Source: Patescibacteria group bacterium (GTDB taxonomy: Bacteria > Patescibacteriota > Gracilibacteria > BD1-5 > UBA6164). From it: a stretch of 64,000 bases of DNA. The position numbers and the translations under genes were made by a program. Numbering within the stretch: position 1 is the first letter of the stretch; every line of letters begins with the position of its first letter. Below are positions 49,909 through 61,025 of this stretch, in pieces. The notes below the pieces were generated by a model. That model saw only the letters and a program-made list of their open reading frames with translations, made no database searches and was not told the origin of the DNA. Where the stretch lies: contig JAVHSE010000023.1 in the NCBI GenBank assembly GCA_036172015.1, forward strand, positions 42,266 to 106,265. Reading direction: 5' to 3'.

Positions 49909-51771
49909 TTAGTGAGAATTAAAATCAAGGATTATATTAAATAAAATTCTAAAATTTTCAAATTCTCCACTATCTAATATTCTAACTTTTTCAGTAAAAT
50001 TATTTTTTGAAGTATCTGATTCAGAAATTTTATAAAAATATAAATCTTCTTTTTTATCTATTTGATCCTGATTTAATTTATCTCTCACATTTGTTATACA
50101 ATGATTTATATCATCAAAAGTTCTTTTTGATATCATTCAACTAGTTTTTAATATTTCTTTTGAATATAAAAATTCAATCGGACAATTTTTATGAGTTTCA
50201 AAATCTGTATTTGGACAAGGAAGAGTAATTCAAAAAATATTATCTCTTTCTTTTACTTTATATTTTTTATTATCTTCCAAAGAATCTCAAATTTGTTTAA
50301 TTTGTTTTAATCATTCATTATCATAATCGAATATTCAAACTACAACTTTATTTTTAAAGAAGTCTTTTGGAATTCAAAGTAAAAACTGTTTTAATTTATC
50401 AGCTCAATCACATGAATAAATATCAAATTGATTTTTAATTCAAAGTTTTTCAATTGCAATTTCTAAATGCTTTTTATCTGTAATTCACTCTGTAACTAAT
50501 AAATATTTATTTCAACTATTTAGAAGAATTTCCATTTCATTTAGTGACATTTGTCAATCAGTAATTTTATCCAAAATTTCCCTTTTTTCTTTTAAATCAA
50601 GTTTTCAGTTTTCTAAATAAAATAAATGTTTTTTATTAAATTTATTCATTAAGGTTGGCGAATGTGTAGTCATGATAACTTCTCATTCTCAAAAGTTTAT
50701 TAGATAATTTTCAAATAAAATTTTTAATTTTTGTTTATTTCAAACATGAATATATGAATCAGGTTCATCTAGTAAAACTAAACTGTTATTTGAAACTAAT
50801 ATATTTGTAACAAAATAAATAAGTAATTGCTTTTTTTGTCATTCACTTAAATCTAATAAGGGTATATTATCAATAAGCTTTAAATTTATATTGTTTATAA
50901 GTTTATCATTTTTAGTTAATCAAAAACAAGCAATTGATAAATGCCAAAAGAAATCTAAATGACTTCAAATAGTTCAATAATCATCACTGTATTTTCTCAA
51001 AGATTCTAGAGTCCAATCATTTTTTGAAGATATTATTTTTACGAAATTTGTTACATCATTTTCTTTAAATTTTTCTAAGTTTTTTTCATCAATATCAAAC
51101 TCAATTTCATTAATCTTAATTCATTTTCAAAGTATATTTTCAACTCATTTGTATAATTCGTCTGTTTCAAAATCATATACTGAAATTAAGATTGTTAACA
51201 AAGCAATATTCCAAAAATCTTTGTTAATAAAAATCATTTTTGGAGTATCAAAAGAGAGAGTTGCTCAATCTAAAGTTAATTTATTATTTTTAACTGAAAT
51301 AATAAAATTTTGATAATATTCTTGATAATATTTTTCGTAAAGTCTTGTTTCTTCTCCTGAGTATAAAGCAATAATATTATATGGTAATATTAAACCTCTA
51401 TCAATATTTTTTGTAAATACTCAATCAATGTAATATCAAACCATTCTCATTTCTGTATCTTCTCACATCATACTCATAAAATCTCCTCAAGTAGGTCAGA
51501 TTGAAATTCATCATTTTGTATATTGTTGAATAACTTTTATATTTTTTCAGTCTTTAAAATATTCTAATTCATAACTAAAAGCACATCTTCTTTCATTTGT
51601 CTCATCATAAAGTCAATAAAAAATTGCACTTATTGCTTCAAGTACATTTGATTTTCAACTTCAATTGTTTCAAACAAAAATTGATATTCATTCAGATTTT
51701 GTAAAATCTATTGGATTTTCCCAGAAATCTAGGTTTTTAAATCATTTTATTTTTAGTGAGATTAGTTTCAT
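49909..51771 (-). CDS. Fused ABC-type (AAA_21-like) ATPase plus C-terminal TOPRIM/DUF4435- or RloB-like domain (AbiL/PARIS/OLD-like)
   Basis: 620 aa. Walker A VGNNGSGKSNVLEAI, LSEGQKK, Walker B LVLLDEPDSYIH, TTHSP. C-terminal LLVTEGITDKKHLEIA (TOPRIM Glu) and GIFDYDNEG (DxD). Confidence 0.75.
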
Positions 51772-52205
51772 TGTGTTCTTTTATTACAATATTTTTCTAT
51801 ACTCCTAACAAGAATATCCATATCATTACCATTAATTCTTGGTTCTGGTTCAGAAATCTTAATATCTTCATTATCATAATAAAGACTAGCTGATAGTATA
51901 ACTGAAATAACTATCGTAATGAATAATAAAAATCATGAAAAAATTAAATATGCTTTATCTTTAAAATCTTTATATTTTTCAATAATAATTCACACTGAAA
52001 TAAATGCTATTCAAAAAGAAATATTTATGAAAATATTTAATTCTAAATCAGGTTTTATAAAATTTGGTATAAAATAATTAATTCAAATTATAAGTATTTT
52101 TATTAAAGCTATAAATAAAACTGGTAATATCCCAATAATTATACTTTCTTTAAATCTAATTTTATTATCTTTTCACATAAAAAAATTTATAATTTTATTA
52201 AGCAT
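51762..52205 (-). CDS. Small 3-TM membrane protein overlapping the start of the ATPase-TOPRIM gene
   Basis: 138-147 aa (ATG 52205 or 52178). TM segments IIIGILPVLFIALIKILIIG, IFINISFGIAFISVGIII and LIFSGFLLFITIVISVILSA. Its 3' end overlaps the downstream start by 10 nt. Confidence 0.5.
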
Positions 52206-52232
52206 AAATAAATAAATTAAAAAAATAAAATA

Positions 52233-53603
52233 TTAACTAAAAATTTCCCTCTCAAACTCAACTTTTGCAATTTCTTTCAAATCCCCAGAAAGTTTTTTCA
52301 AACTCTTAATTTCTTCTTTTAAATCTCAAATATGTTTTACTATTTTGTCTTGAGTTTCAATTTCTGGTAAAGGAAAAAATATTTTTAATAAATTTCAAAC
52401 TCATAATTCAGTTTGTTTTGTTGCTTGAGCAGATTTTATATTATCTACTTGTTCTTGTCATAAATTATTATTAAAGAAAGTTACAAAAAAATCTGGATTA
52501 ATTATACTTTGATTCAGTCTTAATAATAATAAGTGACTATCATATAATAATCCTTCAAATCATTCCCTTATTAAACTAGCTCTTCATATTGTCCCTTCTC
52601 AAGTTGAATTAATTAATATATCTCAAGTTTGAGTCAATAAATTATTATCAATTCATTTTAACCAATTTTCATCAACTATTTTTCAAAATTGTAAGTCTAT
52701 TTCATCCCACCTATTACATTTTTGGTTTAATATGATTTTATTTCATTTTTCCGAATATTCAGGACTTTTTCATCTTTTAATATCTTTATAATAATCTATA
52801 TTATCTCATAAAGACACAAGTTTATATTTATCACTAGAAAAAAGATTAAATATATTTATCTTATCAACTCCCCATTCCTTTATTTTTAAATAATCCACAA
52901 AATTTAATCATATTTTTTTATTTTCTTTTTCTTTCACTTCAATTCCTAATTCTTCCATCAAATAACTTTCAATTTGTTTTTCTAATTCTCCAGCTTTTAT
53001 ATCAGCATTTAAAGAATCTTTAAGCTTTGCATTATATTCTTCTACAATTCTATTTTGTTCTTCTAAACTTGGAAGTGGTATTTTTGTATTTAGAAAAACA
53101 TTCATATCAACTCTTTGTCTTCAAGTTGTTCAACTACTTCATTGTTGAGTGTAATCCAAAAATTCTTTTGTTCATAAAATAAGTATTAGAAATTGAATAT
53201 TTATTTTATTTTTATCTACTATAAAACTTGGAAAATCATTTGTTACAATAGCTCATTTTAAATCTACTGGAACTATTCAAAAAGCTCAATTTCTGGCATC
53301 AATTTTTGACATTATAAATTCTCATCATGAAACTAAAAATTGTTTTTTAGTTCAGATATTTTCTCACTTTTCTATATCTCTCAAAAAAACTCAATTATTA
53401 TTCATTTTTATAGTAACTCTTTTGTATTCTTTTCAGTCTTCTATATCTATTTGAGTTTTATTTCTCATCAAAAAATCTCAAATTTTTACAAATTCAAAAT
53501 TTTTGTTATATGAAAAGGCTGTTCATTTCAGATATTGAACACTCCAGTTTGAGACATCTATAAAGTCTATAAATTTCAAATATGTATTATTTAATATTTC
53601 CAT
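52233..53603 (-). CDS. hsdS: Restriction-modification specificity subunit (HsdS-like, two TRDs)
   Basis: 456 aa. ..SSGTTGRQRVDMNVFLNTKIPLPSLEEQNRIVEEYN.. (central conserved region), ..STGEGTIGRA.. and ..IFFPLPEIETQDKIV... Confidence 0.85.
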
Positions 53604-53630
53604 AATTTTACTTTCCTTATTTATTTTAAA

Positions 53631-53800
53631 TTACATACTAGTTACATAGTTTGTTGGCTTATTATAAACATTATTACTTTTTATGAACTTCTTCAGTTAC
53701 ATACCAGTCACATATTACTTTGGCTTATAATAAGGATTTATATATTAAACACTCTTTTAGAATCACATGCCAGTCACATAGATTTATGCCCAATATGGAA
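53631..53800. repeat. Three imperfect direct repeats with exact 66-bp spacing (starts 53631, 53697, 53763)
   Basis: 18-nt core tYACATRCYAGTYACATA: ttacatactagttacata, ttacataccagtcacata, tcacatgccagtcacata. Repeats 1 and 2 also share ttggcttatNataa. Lies between the hsdS start and the 3' end of the AlbA_2 gene. Confidence 0.8.
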
Positions 53801-55214
53801 TGTATTCATTATTCTTTTCTCATGCTTTAATTTTATTATTATCTATGGCAAGTTTTATAATTCTTGAAGCCATTGAATAATTTTTTTCTGCAATATTAAA
53901 TCTTTCTCTTAGACTACTATTTGTCATTTTTTCTTCACCAGATAAATACTTTAAAACACAATGTTGATAACAAGCCCTTATTTTATCTGATTCAGTCATA
54001 TTTCTTAATTCTCTAGGAGAATATAATGTTACTCTTGTAAATTCATCATATATTTCAAAATTTGGTGCTGGTAATTGAAAAAGTTCTATATTTGATATAG
54101 CTCTATCAACTCAAGATCCACTTTCTTCACAATATCAGAATCTTCTCATTAAACTGGCTAAATCTTCATTTCTAGATTTTGGAGGATGATCCATAAATCT
54201 ATCAACATCAATTAAAGGAATTCAAGGATTTGTTATTTCAATTCTATTGTTATAAATTTCAATTAATGGTCAAGTTCATGTAATTGAAAAATCTTGATGA
54301 ATAATAGCATTAGCAATAAATTCTCTTAAACTAACTTCTGGGTAAATAGATTTTTTAATTCTTAAAGCTCTTCATATTTCTTCATTTTCTCATATTTTAG
54401 AAATAATATAATCTATAAGTCCTTCAAATCATACTGCATATCACTTTTTTCATTCGATTTCTTCTTTTCTAATATTTTTATTATTTCAATCATATATTAT
54501 AACTCTAATTGTTTTTCTTTTAATTAAATCAAATTTTTGTATATCACGAGCAAATAATATAGCTCATAAAACAGTTATTGAATATTTTCAATTATCTTGA
54601 ATTTTTACTAAATTATCTTCTGCTAATTTTTCAACAAATTTTTTAGTTTCAGTTGGTAAGTCTTGTTTTGTTAATATAAAATATTTATCATAATCTAATA
54701 ATTTTAAAACTTCATCATAAGTTAAATTTTCATAACAAATTTGTTTTTCAAAATTTTTATTTTTTAAGTTATTCCAAATTTTTTCTTCTATTCTAGGATA
54801 GTTTGCTAAATTAGTTGTACTTTCTCCGTCTCTAATATAAGCAATATTATCAAATCTAATAGGAATATTTTTAGCACTTTCAATTTTTAAAATAACTACT
54901 TTTTTTCATTCAACTTCTAATTCTAAAAATTCTACAAATACTTTTGGAGATAATTTTTGAGATAACCAAATATGTAAATTTTGATTTCAAACTTTATAAT
55001 CATTTGGCTTAAAATCTGTTCAAATTATCTTTTTAGTTAAATTTTCAACTCAAAAAAGAATATATCAAAAATCTCTTCATTTTAATAAAGCTGTATTTGA
55101 AATAGCAGAAATATTTTTTCAATCTCTTTCTTTATCAAAATTTTCTTTAAATTCTATATATCAAATTCATTCATGTTGATTTAATAGAGTTTTTAATAAT
55201 TCTATATTTTCCAT
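53784..55214 (-). CDS. AlbA_2 (Schlafen-like) plus HATPase_c_4 putative DNA-binding/regulatory protein
   Basis: 476 aa. N-terminal ..HEGIGYIEFKENFD.., central ..REFIANAIIHQDF...IEITNPGIPL...SRNEDLASLMRRFGYCEESGSGVDR.., and a C-terminal wHTH-like tail. Confidence 0.7.
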
Positions 55215-55233
55215 ATTGTTAAAATTTAAATTG

Positions 55234-57366
55234 TTACCATAAATTATTTTGTTTTCTATATTTTGCAAATTCTTCTGCAAGTGGTTCAAGTTCATTTTCT
55301 ATAACTGCTCAAGTTGTAGAAATTCAAGCTTTATCAACTTCTGCAATAGCAATTTTGTAATTAAAAGTTTCTTTTATTTTCCTTTTTGTTTCCATATTTC
55401 TTTTTTCCCATAATACCACTATCTCAGCAGGAATCTTCTTTTTTTCATCTTTGTCTTTTATTTCTTTGAGTTTTTTAGTAAGAGACTTAATTTGTGAATC
55501 ATAGATTCATCCTATATCTAATTCTGCATGTGCTTTTATTTCTTCATATTCTTTTTCCTCTTCTAAAGTAAATTTCTTTAGAAAAACTAAACTTGGCTTA
55601 ACTGTTGCTCAACTTGCAACAAACACATCTTGAGGTATTGAAGTAATTAATAGTATTTTTGCTCTTCATTCAAAATAATCTCTTACTTTTTGTAAATTTG
55701 AATTATTCAAAACTCATTCAGGAAGAACAATTCACATTCTTCATCATGCTTTTAAAAGCCTTAAATTTCTTTCCATAAATAAGACTTCTGTAAGAGTTGT
55801 AAACTTTCCTAAATCATATAAATCAACCAAATTTTTACCTATATTTCATTCAATTTGATTCAAAGCTTTTAAATATTCATCTCAATATTTTTCAATATAA
55901 TATTTCTTCTTAACTTCATCTTTATATTTATCTCATTCTTCTATTTTTAAATCTTTAGGAACTCTAGAACCAAAAGGAGGATTTGCAAGTATTACATCAA
56001 ATCTATTTTCAAAAATTCAGTTTACATTTAATAGTCAGTCATTATGATGAATTCCATTATGTCAATCTCAGTGCATTATCATATTCATTTTTGAGACTCT
56101 TGCCATTCTAGGATTTGCATCAGTCCCAAAAATAGAATTATGACAAAGTTCATTTATTCTTTTTTCTTCTTCTTTGTTTATTTCTTCTAAGTAATTATTA
56201 TATTTTTTATTTAGTTCTTCATTCTCAATATTTTCCAAATTTTCTCAGAAAATTTCTTTTTGTTTTTGTTTCTTTAATAAAATAAATTCATTAGATATTT
56301 CTTCTCTTATTTTCTCAAAAGCTTTAATTAAAAATCAACCTGAACCACAAGCAGGATCGCAAATTAACTCTCATTCTTTTGGTTCTAATATATCAACCAT
56401 AAAGTTTACTATGCTTCTTGGTGTAAAGAATTGTCATAATTCACCTCTTAAGGTTCTTCAAAGAAATTTTTCAAAAGCAATTCACTTTATATCTGAACTT
56501 GTAGTAGTTAGATTATATTTTTCCAGTTCTTTTACTATTTGTTCAAAACTTACTTCTCTTAGATTTATTTTCTCATATTGGTCAAAAATATTATCATTTT
56601 TAAATTCTTCTTTAACATCTTCAAAAAGTCTTTGCATATATGAATTTTCTTTTTCACTTCCCATTCTTATAGTTTCCCATGCATCTTTTAATTTTTGAAA
56701 TTGTTTAAAAGAAAAAATTGCTTCTTGTTTTGGTTTTCTTTCATACATTATTTTAATAAAAAGTATTTTCGATATTTCATCAAAAGCACTTTCAGGAGAA
56801 AGTTTATCATTATTTCTTATTATATTATGACATTTTTGTAATACTTTTGAAAATTCGTCTCAAGTAAATTCTTTGGTTTTAGCTAAAAAATCTTCTAATT
56901 TCGCATTATCTAAAATATCTTTTACATGAGGAATATCGTTTACTGGTTGTAAACTTAAAGGTAGTTCTTCTTCTACTGTTTTATAAACTTGAAGTTCTTT
57001 TGAATTGCTTACTGCAAAAAGTTTTGCTCTACTCCAAGTAGCATAATTATATCATTGATAACAATCTTCAACTTTTAAATTTATATAAGGAGCTTTTAGT
57101 TCCACAACTAAAAATGCAGTTTTATTTGATAATTTTTCCTCTTTAGTTTTCCATACTACTATATCTGCTCTTGCTTTTCAATTTCCTCTTTGAGAGTTTG
57201 TTAATAAAACCTCTTCATACATTTGCTCAAGAGAGTATCAATAATCATTTATTAATTTACAAACAAATTCTTGTCTTACAATCTCTTCTGGAGTTGATTC
57301 AAGATATTTATCTCTTATAAAAGAATAAATTTTTCAATTTTTATCATATTTTAATTCTAGATTCAT
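55234..57366 (-). CDS. hsdM: N6-adenine DNA methyltransferase (HsdM-like) with N-terminal PD-(D/E)xK/HsdR_N-like domain
   Basis: 710 aa. N-terminal KARADIVVW...AFLVVELKAP. GQFFTPRSIV, CDPACGSGGFL (motif I), LANPPFGS (motif IV). Confidence 0.85.
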
Positions 57367-57436
57367 AATTATAATATTTTAAATAATTTTATTAAATATA
57401 TATAATATAAGTTGTTATTCAAGTTTAAATAATTAT

Positions 57437-57565
57437 TTATAGTTCTGAATATTTTTCTTTTCAAGAAATATTGTGTTTTAAAGATTTAAAATCTTTATGT
57501 TCAATATTTTTGTTTTCTTTTGGAAAATTTGATTTTATATATTCTTTCAGTTGATTTTCTAGCAT
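57437..57565 (-). CDS. 42-aa ORF, possibly a remnant of an AlbA_2-type N-terminus
   Basis: MLENQLKEYIKSNFPKENKNIEHKDFKSLKHNISGKEKYSEL. Weak resemblance to the E-x-E-F-K start of AlbA_2 proteins. May not be expressed. Confidence 0.2.
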
Positions 57566-57589
57566 ATAGAATTTGAATTAGTTAATAAT

Positions 57590-59314
57590 TTAAATTTTAT
57601 TTCTCAAGATAAAATTAATAAATTTATTTAGTAGATTTTGAAAGTTTATCAATAAGATTTTTTTAACTCATAAAATTTTTTCTACATTAAGAACTCAACC
57701 TCATAAAAAATCATACATTCATATAATTCTTTCTATTGGTAAAAAATACCTTTGAACATTCTCATCATTAACTAATTTATTTATGGATCATACTGCTATA
57801 ATTCATTTATTGTCTTTTATATTTAGTTTAAAAGAAGAAATATCTAGTCATAATTTTTTTATATTGTTTTCTATAAACTCAAGATATTCCCTATGAGAAT
57901 CATATAAAATAATTTTTGAAAAATTTTCGTAATACTCCTTAAATTTATTTTCAAATTTCAAACTACTTCTTACTATAATATTTGAAGTAGTAAATTTAGA
58001 ATCAAATAAAGTTATATTTCTACTTTCATAATTTATTATTAATAAATCTATTTCTAAATTTCAACTTTTATGGTTTCAGACATTTCTATAAAAATCTAAA
58101 TAATTTTTTCAATAATTTGTTATTCTAATAAATTTAAATCAATCTAGAGTAATTAGAAATTTATTATTATAGTTTTTTAAATCAATTATTCAATTAACTA
58201 GTTTTAATACTGTGTAAATTTCAAATATATTAAATAATGCAGTATCAATACCTATAGCAGTCTTAAATTTATTATAAAAATCTTCTATGTCCTCAAAATT
58301 TGTTAATCAAATGTCCTCTATATTTTTATGCGATAAGAATCTACTCTTTATTTTATCATTTTTTAGTAAATTTGAAACTATAGAAAATATTTTATCAAAA
58401 GAATTAAATATACTATTTTGATTATAATCAATATTATCTATAAATTTATTATTTTTAAAAGAAATAAAATCATCATAGTAAACTATATTTTTATTTTGTC
58501 TTAAAACTTCTATAATATCTTTAACATTCAGTATAGAAACTATAGTATTTGAAACTAATTCACTTATAGCTAACTTTCAAATGTCAGATTCATTATAAAT
58601 ACTCTTTATATTTGAGATAAAATTATCTATATTTAGAAAATCCAAGTTCTCTATTATTCTTGATATTTCAACTCATTCAATTATTTGTTCTAATTGATTT
58701 TTTAATTCCTCATATTGTCTTGGAAAATTATATTCATCAAATGATATATTATCTAGTATTTCATCAATTTTTATATTATCAGATTGTAAAGTATTACTAT
58801 TATTTAATTTTACATCTTTTGTTAAAACAAGATCTTTTAAATCAAATTTATTTCTCAACACATTAATCCACTTTCTATACTCAACTACAATTTTATCATT
58901 AATATAATTTAAAGTAGCTCATGGATATAATGATAATATTTGTTTATTAATGTCATCTATATTTGGGTATATTCAGCGAATTATAAAGTTTTCTATAAAA
59001 GTGAATATTTTAGGTTTAATATTTTTAGAAAATTCATCATCGATTATTATATTAAAATATTTTTCAAAATTATAATCTTCTAATATTTTTCTTACACCTG
59101 TTTTTATTCTTCAAGGCTTTAACTTTAAAATTTCAGGACAAGGTGCATTTTTAGAATCTCACTCTATTCACATAACTTTATCTAAAAGTCTATACCTATC
59201 AAAATTAGGAGCTAATGTACTTCTATAGATATTAGACAAATAGTTAAGATAAATATTTATTACTTTATCTTCCATAGAAATTCAATCATTATATCAAGGA
59301 TTTTTAATACTCAT
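57590..59314 (-). CDS. Hypothetical 574-aa protein downstream of the OLD-UvrD pair
   Basis: Single code-25 ORF with about 20 in-frame TGA, starting 21 nt after the helicase stop. No TM segments, P-loop or nuclease motif that I can assign with confidence. Confidence 0.6.
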
Positions 59315-59335
59315 ATACTTTTAAAAAGTTAAAAA

Positions 59336-61024
59336 TTATAGCTGGATTACATTTTCTTCTCAAAAAACATTTTCCCATCAATTTAATGCATTTGCATTTA
59401 AACTAGATAAATAAAGAACAACTAGTTTGTGTTTTGCTCTTGAAAGAGATACATATAATAAATTTAGTAATCTTTCTTCTGCTTCTAAATGTTTTTCTTG
59501 ATCTTTATTTAGTTTTTCTCAAGAAACTAGCTTATCAAATCATCTATAAATATACCACCTATGAGAATCATCAATTATTACTAAAACATTATCATATTCA
59601 GCTCATTTAGTTCAATGTTGTGTTGAATAAGGAGTCATATTTTCTCTATATTTATAATATTCAATTATTTCTTTGTATTCCAGATTTAAAATAGAGTTTT
59701 TAAATTCATTAGCTATTTCTTGTCTTTCAATTTTTTCCTGTTCAGAAAAACTCTCTAATAAATATTCTTCAAATTTTGAAATTCTATCAGTCTTTTTAAA
59801 AATGTTATTATTAAAAATATATTTTAGAACTGTTTCAATAGATTCATTATTTCTTATTTTCTCCAATCAAATAATTAAATTTTTTAATTTCTCTTTATCT
59901 GTTATTTTATTTACTTTAAAATCTTTATCTCAAAATAATTCAAATAAATTATAATAATCCTTTTTGTTAAAATAAAAAATAAGCTTTTCAATTTTTGTAA
60001 CTAAAAAATTAATATAAGGTTCATCAGCCTCTTTTAATCTATCATTTCCATTTAAACTGTATCTTTTTTCAAAAATATCTATTAAATTTCTAAATCATAA
60101 ATCTTCTCATATCTTTTTGTTAGTTAGAACTAATATTTTATTTTCAGAAGGATTATTTTCGAAGTCCCAGTTTAAAACTTCTAAAGTTTTTTTATATTTT
60201 TCTTCAACATCTAAAGAATTTGAGTAATAAAAGTTTACTTCACCATCAAAGTCTTTCATAGCTACTTGTTTTAGTCAATCTTTTTTTTCTCTGACATTAT
60301 TTACTAATTTAACAATTTTTTTTCAACTTCTAAAATTTTCTAATTTTTCTATTTTTTCTAATTTATCACTAATAAGTTTTCAAATTGTATTATTTTGATA
60401 GATTTTTTGCATTGAGTCTCAAAAAAATCATAATAAAAACTTTTCTTGATTTCAGTTTAAAACTTCTAAAAAAGTATTTACAATTTCTTTATTAGTATCT
60501 TGATATTCATCAATAAATAAATATGGATATTTTCTTATTAGTATTTTTGCTAAAGAAGGATACTTATTGAACATTTTTACTGAAAAATTAATAACATCAT
60601 CATGTCATATTTCTCAATTTTTTAATCTTCTTCAATATTTTCAATAACTAATAGTTAATGATTTTAATAATGATTCAATATCATCAATTTTTTTATCCCA
60701 ATCTAAGTCATTATTTAATTCTATTATTTCCTTCTTTAAATTAACTTGATAGTCTCATATTAATGACCAAAGAAACTCATGTATTGTATTTATTTCAACT
60801 ATATCAGAGTATCATAATCTTTTTATCATTTCATCTTTAGCGACATTTGTATAAGTTATACAAGCTATTTTTTCTCATGTATGATAAAAAGAGTCTCATT
60901 TAATTGAAATTATATGTCTTATAGTTTCAATTAGTGTATATGTTTTTCATGATCATGCTCAAGCTTCTAATATAAAGCTTTTTTTATTTTTTATTGATTC
61001 TATTACTTTTTCTATTGTAGTCAT
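59336..61024 (-). CDS. UvrD/PcrA/Rep-like SF1 helicase (GajB-like)
   Basis: 562 aa. Walker A LEAGAGSGKTYT, FIDEYQDTN, FFGDSMQKIY, STQHGTKGAEYDNV, LLYVSLSRAKHKL. Confidence 0.85.
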
Positions 61025-61025
61025 A

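Noticed and set aside
53631-53800. The 66-bp periodic repeats as a CRISPR array.
   Set aside because: There are only three copies, they are imperfect beyond an 18-nt core, there is no repeat/spacer organisation of typical size, and no cas genes occur in the window.
52233-57366. An hsdS shufflon (recombinase-driven S-gene inversion), given a tyrosine recombinase in the island.
   Set aside because: There is only one hsdS in this locus, I saw no partial or inverted hsdS copies, and the recombinase is about 6 kb away beyond unrelated genes.
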